A stretch of DNA of 64,000 bases from Pseudovirgaria hyperparasitica (Eukaryota). The notes beneath the pieces are model-generated. The model worked only from the letters and a program-made list of their open reading frames with translations. It was not told the DNA's origin and ran no database searches. The stretch lies in NCBI GenBank assembly GCA_010093815.1, contig ML996575.1, one strand, 5' to 3'. The translations under genes were made by a program, and so were the position numbers. Position 1 is the first letter of the stretch. Each line of letters starts with the position of its first letter. Below, piece after piece: positions 24,173 through 35,719 of this stretch.

Positions 24173-25733
24173 GCATCTTGCACGTCTCAGTCGCACACCG
24201 GAAGCAAGTCCGAGGCGCAGATCCGAGGAGATCGTGACCGGGCCAAACACGCTATGATATGCACGACATACCATCGAAGATCCACCATCGGACTCAGCAA
24301 AGTTGTGATCCATCGATTAGGCATTTAGACACCAGTCACCTGAGACATCGAGACCTGGTCGAACGTCTCTCCACAGTCTTGAGGATGTGAACATCGACCA
24401 ACCTAAGTACATCCTGTACAATGATATCCATATTAGGATATGTGCCTAATTGTGGACCTTGCCTTGGATCCAACAACCGTATTCGGACACAAATACTCCC
24501 GAAGTTAATCGTCAACGACACAGCAATAATTTCCTGTGCATACAGTGCAGCTGCTGGTCTTGCGACCTCCGTTTGCTGAGCTTCGGTTTGCTGAAGCCTG
24601 TCACGAAGTTCAATTTCAGGCAAGATATATATCGCATTGAAATGGTTTTACAACGTACTGACGTACATAGGCACTGTTTGATCGTGGCACAATTACCCAC
24701 AACGTTGCAGGATGAGATTCATGTGACCCGTCACACGAATCAGCCCAATTGCAGTCCCGGTCTTCACATTTGGAGATCTGGTCTCAATTGAGTGAGCTGT
24801 ACTGCAGGCAAATGTTTGCACGTCCACATTACACGAGTTTGCCTCGAAAGTCACGCGGCTTCCTGGCCAATCAGCATCTCCGTTCGTTGCTACAAAACGC
24901 TGTACATCTGTTAGTTTTAGCACCCACCGAAAAGAAATCTATGGCTTCCAGGATGATGTCTTGTGGCGAGGCTTAAACGGAGTACGTCATGAGGGGAGCA
25001 ACTACGACTCAAAAGTGAAGGTCCGATCCAGCATTCCAGAAAGATACATCTCCACGAGGCAAGGCTGCACACAGTTTTCCCCAAGGCTGGCGTGGTCTGG
25101 GCCTGGGCTCTTTAGCTACACCTACAAACGCCCAGGGCAACAAGAAAGAATCCTGCGAGAGCATCTCTTCTTCCCGTCGGTGGCGGTATCTATATATTTC
25201 AATCTGCTGGACTATGTACATCCAATCAGTGCTGAAGTGCAATGCCAGACTTGGTAGGAAGTTTCGACAGTCGAGTGGGTTGAGCGATTCCAGCGGTAGC
25301 GTTCACAACGTATATTTGATTACCTGAAATTGCCACATCTAGCCTTTCCTGAAGGCGTCGAGCGATAACAGCATCTTGAAAGCGTACAAGTACATAGATT
25401 CCCCTGTTCCTGCACTCCTATACAAAATACAAAGATCATAACAATTATTAGTAATAAGTAGTCTTCGCTTGCCGCTGAATACCGGATAAGAACTGCGCTT
25501 TTGTGTGGCCGTCTTGGCCTGAATACTGTACAAATAGCGACGTCGACCTGCGTCCGTCAGGATGTGTGGACGCGGAGCTGATGAGGATCATTGCTTGGAG
25601 CTGATGATCAGTGTCACCGCGTACTCGAGCAGGAGCAGCGTCATACTGTATAATACATGGAAATGGAGCCGTGAAGGAACTTTCTGTTTGCTCAAAAGTG
25701 TGGTCTCCTTCAGGCAGGAGGGGGGTTGGTGTA

Positions 25734-27389
25734 TCAAGTCTCGTCCTCTCCAACGACGACACGATGCCACGCAGTTGCTAGATTCCCTCTCGCATTCCAG
25801 ATACCGTCAAACCTTTCCGGTTGTGTGTTGTACGCTTCATCTGTCGCTTTGACGGCAATTTCCACCTTCCCATCCCCAGGATCCGCCATGTGATACCTCC
25901 ACCTCGTCCACGCCCACGTCTTGCTGCCATCCTCGCGCTCGCCCCGGAGCAGCTCGGCCTGGTCCCAGCTCTTCCCGCCGTCAAGGCTGACGTCGACTCG
26001 GACTATTTCCCTCCCGCCGCCGGAATACGCATAGCCCCAAACGTCCAGCATCTTCTGACCATCTTGCCTGCCAAGCCATCCGCCCCCTTTCTTCTTGATC
26101 CTATAGCCCGTAATGGCAGACATAACGGGCATCTCCTGAATGCTCTTCGCCTTGTCCCAATCTAGCCGCTTCTCATTCGGCCCGAAGCACTTGTAGTCCC
26201 TGCGCTGCCACTGACTTGCACTCTCCTCCTCCCCGATGCTCACTTTTTGCACCCACTTCACACTTCTTGCCGCAACTATTCCAGGTGCCACGACACGCAC
26301 TGGGTATCCATGATCGCGTGGTAAGTCCGTGCCGTTCATGGCGTACGCAAGTAGTACGTCGGATCGGGGGTCCATCGCCGTGGACAGGGGTATACTGGCA
26401 CCATACGCTTCGAGGGCCGTAAAGTCTGCGTGTCTCGCACTCTTATGCTCTTCACTCCTCATATCCAATCCTGCGTCGGCAAGAACGTCAGCAAGACGTG
26501 CGCCGGTCCATGTCGCGGTGCTTATTCCGCCAACATTCCATGGCAAGCCATTCGTCGGTTTGACGGCTGCAGACATATGCGAGCGGCGGTTCCCAGCGCA
26601 TTGAAGAGTTGCAGTTATGGTGTGTGGCTCGAAGCTCTTCAAGTCGGAGAGAGAGTATGTCCTTTCCGTCCCGCAAGGTAATTCGACTGTGAAAGTGTAT
26701 TCCTCTTCCTTCACGGGCGGGACCCAGAAATGATTTCGCACGTAGAATAGTTCATTCGGCGTGACGTCTTCTGACAATGCCTCATCCGGCGATTCCGCAT
26801 TCCGCGGATTCTCGGTCAGCGTCTTCAGCCGCGAATCGCGGGGCGGGTCATCGGCGTATGGATTTCGGATAGAAGCACAGGGGACTTCGCCGTTAACAAG
26901 GTCGCACGAGGCGATTTCGCCAATTTTATACTGCGCGAGGATTTCTTGGACGTGCGATGAGGCGTGAATTGTGAACAGCTTCCAGTATGGGTCGATGCTG
27001 CCGCCAGCGGCGTGGAGTATGATGGGCCCACCTGGGTGGGCGGATATGAAATCTGTGATATCGTAAACTGATGTGCCGCGTGTTATCCACTGCCTGTCCG
27101 AGCTGGCATCGTGGCTGGCGACTTCAGCAAGGCGAAAATATTGGACGTTTGGGATCTGTTCCGATACACTGGCCTTGGGGTGTTCCGATACACTGATCTT
27201 GGGAATGGACTCTTCCGCCTGCTTTGTACCTGTTTCTTTGCCAAAGAGAAAGAGTGATGCGATGCAGCCCGTTCCGACTGACGCGACCAGAGCAATCCTG
27301 AGTCTTGGCTGTAAAAGATTGTTTTTGCTGCGCTGTCTAGAAGCTGTGAAGTACGTTCTTTTGATCTCGGCCTTGTAATTTGTGCGCAT
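25734..27389 (-). CDS. Sulfite oxidase (cytochrome b5, Moco oxidoreductase and dimerisation domains), probably mitochondrial; start could also be 27470
   Basis: HPGG heme motif, FYVRNH, TLQCAGNRR (Moco Cys), DHGYPVRVVAPG, ARSVKW, GYAYSGGGR. Basic N-terminus followed by a hydrophobic segment. Confidence 0.93.
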   Translation of the reverse strand: MRTNYKAEIKRTYFTASRQRSKNNLLQPRLRIALVASVGTGCIASLFLFGKETGTKQAEESIPKISVSEHPKASVSEQIPNVQYFRLAEVASHDASSDRQWITRGTSVYDITDFISAHPGGPIILHAAGGSIDPYWKLFTIHASSHVQEILAQYKIGEIASCDLVNGEVPCASIRNPYADDPPRDSRLKTLTENPRNAESPDEALSEDVTPNELFYVRNHFWVPPVKEEEYTFTVELPCGTERTYSLSDLKSFEPHTITATLQCAGNRRSHMSAAVKPTNGLPWNVGGISTATWTGARLADVLADAGLDMRSEEHKSARHADFTALEAYGASIPLSTAMDPRSDVLLAYAMNGTDLPRDHGYPVRVVAPGIVAARSVKWVQKVSIGEEESASQWQRRDYKCFGPNEKRLDWDKAKSIQEMPVMSAITGYRIKKKGGGWLGRQDGQKMLDVWGYAYSGGGREIVRVDVSLDGGKSWDQAELLRGEREDGSKTWAWTRWRYHMADPGDGKVEIAVKATDEAYNTQPERFDGIWNARGNLATAWHRVVVGEDET

Positions 27390-28681
27390 GAAACCTGTCG
27401 TACGGCTTCGTAAGAAGTAGCCCAATGCATGTCGACAACACTTCTCTAGTGACTGTGGCGGCGACGACATGTCATCGATCTTGACGCTCTTCCCAACCAA
27501 GTCTGTAGGCGCCGCAATCGAGCTCCGAACAATGATGCCTCATCGAATATGCATTGCGGTCTCCCGTCTTTTCTACGGGTCGAGTTGAGCGACAGAAAAG
27601 TGTACGAGCAAGAGTAAAAGGGACAAACAGCAATGGCCCCGTACACCGCATCGTCACTACTTGTGCTCGTACACTTACGTACATGCGTAGTTCGATCCGG
27701 TCAATCAGGTATCATAGCTCCCCCTGCACGACCGTACCGCTGGCTATTCGGTCCGAACAGCAAGTTATGCGTTGGTTGTGCACATGTGAGGTGTACTGTG
27801 GTATGCGCGCAACAAAACAAAGCTCCAGGTACCACGCACACGGCACTATGAGGATCCTGGCGTGACCTTGTTGAACCGATGGGAGCCGCCACAGTGACAT
27901 ACGTAAATAGCGTCGTGCCGCAATCAGGTAACTGTATCGTAGCTACAGACCTCTGGTACCTGAAACTGCGATTAATTCCAGCTTCAAGGCGCCGTGAAGG
28001 AGAGAGAGCATGCGAGGCGCCGGAACAACGTGTCCGGCCGTTGCAATATCGACCAATAGCCAATGGGGTATGCACAACAGACAGATATTCTACATGCATC
28101 GTTCCGTCTTATCGTGCACGACGCCATGTGCTATCTATCAACTCTGGAGCTCTGCGTCTGTCCTCATATCAGCATTTCAAGAGACCCACTCTACCGTGTA
28201 TTGTGAGCTGAAAGTAGAATTATGTATTCATAGAATTCTTTTCTTTGTGAGCGGATAGCAGGCACGAATACCGGCACACACATATCAGACTTTCCTAACA
28301 CTAATGCTAGAGAGCGTAAAGTCGGTCATATGAGCAATTCAGAATTAATCAGTCCAACTGTTAGCACGTCCAGAGGAGAAAAGATAATGCAGGGGTGGGC
28401 CAACGGGCTGCTAGTCTGATTCCCAATGTTCGGTCCATGCGCACAAAGCCAATCCTGGGTGAGCCGACTGTAGGCGGCATATGATATGCAACTTGCTGTC
28501 TAATGTAGAGATATCCCGATGGCCATCCTACGCGCACTCTTCTGCACATTTCAATTATCACCCATGCCAATAACTTATACAGATAGCTCCCGACAATGAA
28601 TATACAATTGAACCTGTCCCGAACCGGCTCCTCACCTCTCCCACAGCAACGCTCCACACCATCCCTATCCCCTTTCCTGAT

Positions 28682-31180
28682 TTAGTCCCCTCTCCTTCTT
28701 GGTGGTGGACTCCTCGAATGACGTGAGTTGCGTCTCGCAGACTGACTCGTCCCATTTCTCCGGGGTGGACTCACGGACCTTGATGTCGACCTCGAAAGCG
28801 TCCTTCCCCTACCTGGCGGACTCCTCGCGTTCCTTCGTGGCGGCGTTCGAGATCTAGACCTAGACACAGAGTATGACGGACTTCTTCTTCGTCGAATTGG
28901 CGACCGTGAACGAGATGGCGAGCGCGATTCAGAGTAACTGCGGCGTCTGGAACGTCTAGGTAACGGAGATCTGGAGCGAGATCTGGAGCGAGATGGCGTG
29001 TGCGATGGCGAGCGGGAGTATGAGTAGCTGCGGCGTCTGCCGCGGTGGCCGGGAGTACGTGAGAGTGAACGCGAACGGGACAGTGAGCGATCGCGAGTTG
29101 GAGAGCGAGAGCGCGAATATGAACGAGCGCGAGAACGAGAGCGAGAACGGGAGCGGGATGAGTAACTGGAATAGCTGGAATAGCTGGAGATGCTCTCCGA
29201 GTCCGACGGCGAGCCTGGGGCAGGTAGAGGGGGAGGGGCAGGTTTCGGTACGTTCTTTAGCCACTCGCGCATATCCTCTGTCAGAGCCCCCATTCCCACG
29301 GCCGTGAAGAAGTTGATGGCGAATCGGGTGTCCTTTTGATTCGTCGGATCTTTGGGAAAGAGTCCACCGAGCGAAGGAGTGAGCACTTCGTCCTTTGTCA
29401 ACTTGGTGGCCAACTTTGGCATCCCGAGTGCCTGTGAAAGATCCTCGAATAGGATCTTGATGAAGATACGTGAACTCGAAGTTGTTTCTTCCTCGTTCAG
29501 ATGGATGAGTGACAAGACGTGCCAGTCGATGGCATCAGTCGAAATAAGGTAGCCGAAGAATTGTGCGATAATACGTAGGCGGTTTGTTTCGTACCGATGA
29601 ATCGTCTCGTAGTACTTGGCGAACATGCTTTCGAAAAGTTCTTTCCACAGACGATTGAGCTTGCAAAAACGCTCGCCGATGTTTCCGTAGAATTTATCGT
29701 ATGTTCGTTCTTGAGACGCACACTCAATCACCATGGACGGGAGTTCTTCTTCTTGTCCAACAGGAAGGTTGATACGCATGAGCTTATGACAACACTCTTC
29801 AAAGCCCCCACTGGATTTGATGGTAAGGTAGATCTGCCGACGCAGGTTGACGAGGTCTGTGTTCGTCTGGTCCTTTACCTCGAGCTCCTTCTCTTTCTGG
29901 GCTTCCTCATCATCAGAGCTATCCGTCTCGTATTCATCGTCATCTTCAGCGTCGCTTCCATCAGCCTCTCCAAGAATCTCCGCTTTGAGCGTTTTGTATG
30001 CATCCTCGTGCTCTTGCCATTCTGAATCAAATTTGAAGATATTAAGACTATCCTGGACTTCGATATCTTCGTCATCCAACATAGTCCGGTGTGTGATCTG
30101 GTCCTCCTCCTCGACCAAGTCCAACTCTTCTTTGATAGCCGGGTTGTCCTTGTATTTATCTTTCCTGACCTGGAACAGCACTTCTATCATATATTGGACT
30201 CTCTTATCGATATCTGCTTCGTGCAGAATAGTCCTGAATTGGTCAAACACAGCCAACGCGATTTGCTGGTTCATCTCCTCCAAGTGCTGACCAACCTCCC
30301 TAGTCAACCCAACTGCAATCTCCACACTGTCGTCGGTGGGCTTGTTGAGCAACAAGAGCAGGATCTGCGCCGCAAGAATCTCGTGTACCACTTGCTGATT
30401 GACAAGATGCGCAATGAAGGTTGTACTCGACAGACAGACGGCCTTATCGTTCCGCTTGAAAGCCTTTCGGAATTGCACAACAAGTCTATTGACCAGCAGC
30501 TCTCCAACTTGCGGTAATTTGGTGTTGACGATAGCGACCGTAGCAGCATATATTGGTGTGAATGGCAAACTCGCCGCCTGTGCCTTCATCAGACTCCTCG
30601 CGAACAGCCCTCGTCCTCGGATCATGTTCTCGCCGAAGAGCTCCGGCACGATATGCTTGATATTGCTGACGTTGACCTTGTTGACCAGACCATTTATGCT
30701 CTTCTTCAATGCCTCCCATGCCATACGCTGGTATTCCTTGCTCGTCTTATCCGTGATCTGAGCTTGAAGCTGGCGTAGCTTGGCCGGGGGCACGTATACA
30801 CCCCCAGACCGCGCGTTGAGTAGGCGCTGGTACTCTGCCTTGGCCGCTTCTTGCTTCTGCTCATCGGTGAGAGGCACAGATGTCTCATCTTTTTGCTGTC
30901 TTTGCCGCATCTCGAGCTGGCGCTGCCGTTCGAAGGCACGCGAACGATCGACGTCGCGTGGGAGTGGACCTGCGGGAGCATCTTTGAAACGTCGATCGGG
31001 TGAAGGAGAACGCGAGTACGAGTATCTCTTGCGTGGAGGTGAGCGGTGGCGTTTGGGCGTTGGTGAGCGGGAGGATGGTGAGAGATGTCTCTTAACACCA
31101 CGGGGTTGTTCTTGAGGCGCAGGATCGAGAGCCGGCTCAGGCGTGGGTAGACGAACAGCTGACAGCATGATATCCGCCAT
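28682..31180 (-). CDS. CWC22: Pre-mRNA splicing factor Cwc22 (MIF4G, MA3, RS-rich tail)
   Basis: RSGGVYVPPAKL, YQRMAWEALKKSINGLVNKVN, TIYL-like QIYLTIKSS..FEECCHKL, TTSSSRIFIKILF and an RS tail. Confidence 0.96.
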   Translation of the reverse strand: MADIMLSAVRLPTPEPALDPAPQEQPRGVKRHLSPSSRSPTPKRHRSPPRKRYSYSRSPSPDRRFKDAPAGPLPRDVDRSRAFERQRQLEMRQRQQKDETSVPLTDEQKQEAAKAEYQRLLNARSGGVYVPPAKLRQLQAQITDKTSKEYQRMAWEALKKSINGLVNKVNVSNIKHIVPELFGENMIRGRGLFARSLMKAQAASLPFTPIYAATVAIVNTKLPQVGELLVNRLVVQFRKAFKRNDKAVCLSSTTFIAHLVNQQVVHEILAAQILLLLLNKPTDDSVEIAVGLTREVGQHLEEMNQQIALAVFDQFRTILHEADIDKRVQYMIEVLFQVRKDKYKDNPAIKEELDLVEEEDQITHRTMLDDEDIEVQDSLNIFKFDSEWQEHEDAYKTLKAEILGEADGSDAEDDDEYETDSSDDEEAQKEKELEVKDQTNTDLVNLRRQIYLTIKSSGGFEECCHKLMRINLPVGQEEELPSMVIECASQERTYDKFYGNIGERFCKLNRLWKELFESMFAKYYETIHRYETNRLRIIAQFFGYLISTDAIDWHVLSLIHLNEEETTSSSRIFIKILFEDLSQALGMPKLATKLTKDEVLTPSLGGLFPKDPTNQKDTRFAINFFTAVGMGALTEDMREWLKNVPKPAPPPLPAPGSPSDSESISSYSSYSSYSSRSRSRSRSRARSYSRSRSPTRDRSLSRSRSLSRTPGHRGRRRSYSYSRSPSHTPSRSRSRSRSPLPRRSRRRSYSESRSPSRSRSPIRRRRSPSYSVSRSRSRTPPRRNARSPPGRGRTLSRSTSRSVSPPRRNGTSQSARRNSRHSRSPPPRRRGD

Positions 31181-31475
31181 CTCAACGAGAATTTGCGAAG
31201 AAAGCTTGCAAGTTTGAAAGTGTTGCTGGCCGAAGGCCGCCGTTGCAGACTGAAGACTGATCAAACGCGGTATTGTAGGTGAGCTGGGTGAAGTTTACCA
31301 GCCAACTCGGCACGACGTCGGGCGATTTTTTATTGCCAAGACGAGCAACCAGGCGCGTTGGAAGGTACTACTAATTAATTACCTAGGTAGCAGCTCCCGA
31401 GACGTCGACGAGCGCCAGATATCACAAACGCTTCGATACTCAAACATAGTCTCTCGTTCAGCAACAAAATTCAAC

Positions 31476-31858
31476 ATGGTGTGCATCCTCAAGTTCACTT
31501 TTGCATCGCGCTGGAGGATAGAAAGCTAACTTAGCTCAGCTCGACCGTCTCATTGGGCTCGCAATGCTAATCGTGGCATCCGCAGTCTTTCTCTATTACT
31601 CCGTCTGGACGCTGTTCATGGTACTATAGAGACCTCTTCATGCTGCGCCAGATACTCAAAGCTGACTGTGTGTAGCCATTTGTTGACGAAGACCACCCAT
31701 TGCATTCCCTCTTCCCACCACGCGTATGGGCGATCCGTATACCCGTTATTCTGATTCTGCTTGGTTCCGCGATCGTAGGCTCGTTCTTGAGCATTGTCAT
31801 GATAAGGAGCAATCGGAAGAAGGCATTGAAGGCGGCGAAGGCCAAAAAGGCTTCATGA
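31476..31858 (+). CDS. DPM2: Dolichol-phosphate mannosyltransferase regulatory subunit 2, 88 aa (exons 31476-31478, 31540-31620, 31676-31858)
   Basis: Spliced translation MLDRLIGLAMLIVASAVFLYYSVWTLFMPFVDEDHPLHSLFPPRVWAIRIPVILILLGSAIVGSFLSIVMIRSNRKK..., carrying the YY.W...PF...HP....F signature of DPM2. Confidence 0.93.
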
Positions 31859-32265
31859 GACTAACGATGTGGGTACGGATGTAGGACACAAAAGGGGTAC
31901 CGGCAAGAACAGGAACCAGAACAGGATGGTCGCATATTCAGGTGTTACATGGGCAACGTCTGCACGATATAGCATCGAGATGTTTAAATGCTATATAAAG
32001 TTACCTCGTGGAGCAAGCTTTAGGTTGGTTGCAGGGTGCTACATGGCAGTTCCCATGCAGCTTCACCAGTCCTGTCTCGTGATGGATTAGTTCCCCAAGC
32101 ATGAAACTGCACGCAACCCTCTGGCGCTGCTTCCCCCAGCTCAGCGGGATTCATGTTCTCCATCAGTCAGTTGCATCCGACATAACTGGCAGCTGTCGGC
32201 CATTCGAGCGCCGATTCCAATACACGAGCAAAGCTTGCGATGCCTCCAGATGTCATCGTTAGAGC

Positions 32266-35200
32266 TCACATCACCTACAATACAACATTAGAATTGAGTA
32301 AGTGGAATGATTGATGGAGGATGGCTCACGTGACAGTCCTCCCCGTCCCCTCCGGCAAGCATCATGGGTAAGTCGACATTGGTGTTTCCTTCTGCCTGCT
32401 GTTGTCTCAAATGCCTTGCAATCTGTAAGAGCATGCTCTGAGTAAGGAATGCATCTGACCCTCCGCCTCCATCTCGTGCCCTGTCATTCTCACTCGTGAT
32501 TTGGTACTCGTCTTGGATTCTTTTCCTGCTGGGAAGGCCTCCGTGAGCTATACGTGATTCGTCGTCAGAGTCGATATCGCCTTCCTCCTCAGCCGCATCG
32601 TCGTCTTGCCTTTGGCTTGATGATGCCCTTGCTCGACCATCCCGACGGCGTCGTCGACTGAAATTAATCGATGAAAAATCCGAAGAATCGGCTGCTTTGA
32701 CACCTATGCCATTGCGAGCATCGGAGCGCGAGCGCGCGTCAGGCGAGAATATCTTTATCGTGTGATCGATACCTGACACCGCAATCATCGGTTCGTATGG
32801 ATGACCCTGAACCACGTTTACGACTTCTCCGTCTCCTTCCAATATGTTCAGCAATTTGCTTGTCTTCCGATCCCATATGAACAAGTGGCCTGAGTCGCTC
32901 CCACTGACGACGTATTCGTCTTCTAAGCCATAAAAATTGACGTCCTTGACAGTTTTGACGTTGCAGTGCCCTTTGTATATGCGCGTATGAGTGCCACACG
33001 GCACCGAAGCCTCGACTTTCTCCTTGCGAACCCGTCTCGAGAAATTGGAGCGCCAAAATATTCTATTGGCAAGCTCGTCCTGCTCATCAACATCATCATC
33101 GTCATCATCATCTTCCTCCTCTTCATCTTCACTAGATGATGCGGCATCGTTACCGCTCATTGATTCGTCGTCTTCTGAATGTCCCACGGCGCTGTTCTCA
33201 TTGACTGCAGCTGCCGCATCGCGTAGTGCTTCAATAGGCAGGACTTGTTCATCTTCGTCTTCGCTTTGGTCATCTTGGACTGAGTCTGAGAGGTCGACTC
33301 CTAATGGCGCTGCGTCAGATGTTGAATCCGCCTCTGTTCGTGGACGGTCTCTAGTTCTTAGGGTCGCTTGGTGCACCCGTGGATCCTCCTCCTCCTCTTC
33401 GCCCTCGCGGCGCTTGAAACGTTCCGCAAATGCAGCTTCGGCAGCAATGATTCCGGCTTCTCCACGACCCATACCTCCAAATGCTCGATCGACAAGTTCG
33501 AAATTGATGCCTTGCGCAGCGTTCATCAATAACCCCCTTCCGACCTTGAAAGCCCAGAATCTGAGCGCAGTCCTACGATCTTGGACGGAAGCAGGCCCAT
33601 CAGCACTGCTCGAAAGATCTGCGAAGGGTATTCGAATAGCTCGCGCAAATGCCATGACAGCAGCCTTCTCCGTTGTAAATGTAATTCTGTTCTCGTCCAC
33701 CTCAAAGCGAGACGCATCAACATCCAAGACCGAGTTGTCGCTCGCAAGATCTAGGAGATACGGGATTAGAATCTCGTGAATAGCCTCTTCTGCAGCTTCG
33801 TCATCTGGTATGGGAAATCGGGTACTGCCTCGCCTGCCCTTGTTCGCACAGAATCCTTCTGCAAGAGCGCCAATGCCGCTGTCCAGCCAGAGATATATAG
33901 CTTTCATGAAATCGAATCCGAATTGTTGGTGTCTAGGTATAGTTCGTTCGTTGGGGACAGGGGTGATAGTAGTAAAGTACTGGTCAATCATTGCATCGCT
34001 AGCGCCTCCCATTCTGAGTCTTCCCCCGAGGATACGCGCAGTGATTCCGGCAGCTTGCACGAAACGACGGGCAGAGCCACGGTCATCTCGGAGTCGATTC
34101 TGGAAAACAACCTCCAGCTCGGATGGATCAACAGGATACCGCCACGATTTCATGATATCGTCCATCTCTGGTAATATGGAGGCGCTCAGGCCTATGATAG
34201 AAGTAAACTCTGCGGCGTGACCAGTCACATCGACAGCCGATGAGGATTTCGGTTGACCAAGCGTGAACATCTGCTTCCGCAAATCTATGGTAGACTTTGA
34301 GATTCGATAGCTTAGTTTCTCTGATTCGCCTAATGAAGCCTCGCCGGACGCAATCTGAGGTCTCCGAGACTCTATAGGTATCTCTTCGCTTTGACCATTC
34401 TCGTACTGTACCATGAGTGACATTTCTTGCTCTGCGGGTTCTGCGCTGTCAGTACGCGGTCTGGAATCAGCCCTTGCAGCCCCTTCATTGGATATTGCAG
34501 ATTGTGACAGTCCAGTCCGTTTACGCTTGCGATCATTATAAGTCTTTGCGCGATTGCTATTTCCTTTCTCGACAGTCGTGTACTGGATGGCTTCACTGGC
34601 GTCCGGCGTCCGATTGATGTCAAAGTTGTAGATGTGGTCTCCGGACCAGCTCACGATGAGTTCGTTGGGGTTAGAGTCACTTATCTTGCATGCTGTAATA
34701 TGGCCACTATCACTCCTTCTCATGGTACGCTTGCCATGGGGCGCAAACTTCTTGACACATCGAGTGGCTTCAGAAAGGGCATCTTCCTCGTGTTGCGAAG
34801 TCAAGTCATTCCGCAACAAGTCACCACGTTCTGCAGCCCTGTCCCGTCCCAGCATGCGGCGATCATGAAGAAAGCAGTGCAGATGAGCACCTCCAAGTGC
34901 AATGTAATGAGGCTGACTAGGAGAACAGGATATGGTATTGAGATCTAAGCCATACTTCTTGTACGAGATCAAAGGCGGAGGGGCATTTCGGCTGGACAGG
35001 GAGGATCTTCGGGAGGGTGCAGGATATGCTGAAGATGGCTGGCGAACGTCCCACTGTCGGACCTCGCCATCCTCGGAGCAGGTCAAAAAGAAGAAAGGCG
35101 AAGACTCGGTTACTATCCTCTTGACACGGTCGCCGTGGGACCGGAAGACTTTTGCATTGCTGTCTCCTTCGCTGAGGTATCTTACTCCATTATAAATGTT

Positions 35201-35719
35201 GTTTGCGCCGGCTCGGGAGCGGAAGTTTGACGCAGAATCCGAAGAGGTAGTTTGGCCTGAATACTCGATATCGAACACACGTATTTCGGAATCCCCAGCA
35301 GCGCTCACGATTGTTCTGTCATTTGAGTGAGGCATGAACTTGACAGAAAATATGTTGGCATGATGGCCTGTAGCAATGGTTGTTGTGAATTGGAACTGGG
35401 AAGTGGAGGAGTCAGGGAGATAAGTATGTATGTTGACATGCTGATCGTCTGAGCCAGAGGCAAGGAGTCTACCAGAGCGTGACCAACTATCAACAAAGTC
35501 AGCAAGAAGGTCCGTCAAATGTAGTGATGTGTGTTGAAAAAATACCGACCTCAAAGCATTGACGCATCCTTGATGTCCGTCGAGCTCATTGACAATGTCC
35601 AGGTCATGAACCCATTTCTGATCGCCATAGAGACCTCGAACGTGAGAGTATCGGTTCTTGCTGCCAGTGGAATAGCCAAGTTCTCGATTTAAAAGCCGAT
35701 CGAAGACGACGGATGTCAT
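32266..35719 (-). CDS. WD40 protein of the DCAF6/DCAF8 (WDR42A, S. pombe iqw1-like) family (introns 35549-35487, 32329-32275)
   Basis: GHQGCVNALSW, GHHANIFSVKF, TCSEDGEVRQWD, YKGHCNVKTVKDVNF, SGSDSGHLFIWD, SGIDHTIKIF and an acidic tract. Confidence 0.9.

Noticed and set aside
24336..25533. Short ORFs between the SET/MYND gene and sulfite oxidase (similarly 19796-20356 and 27554-28657)
   Set aside because: No motifs or coding-like composition; treated as intergenic or UTR.
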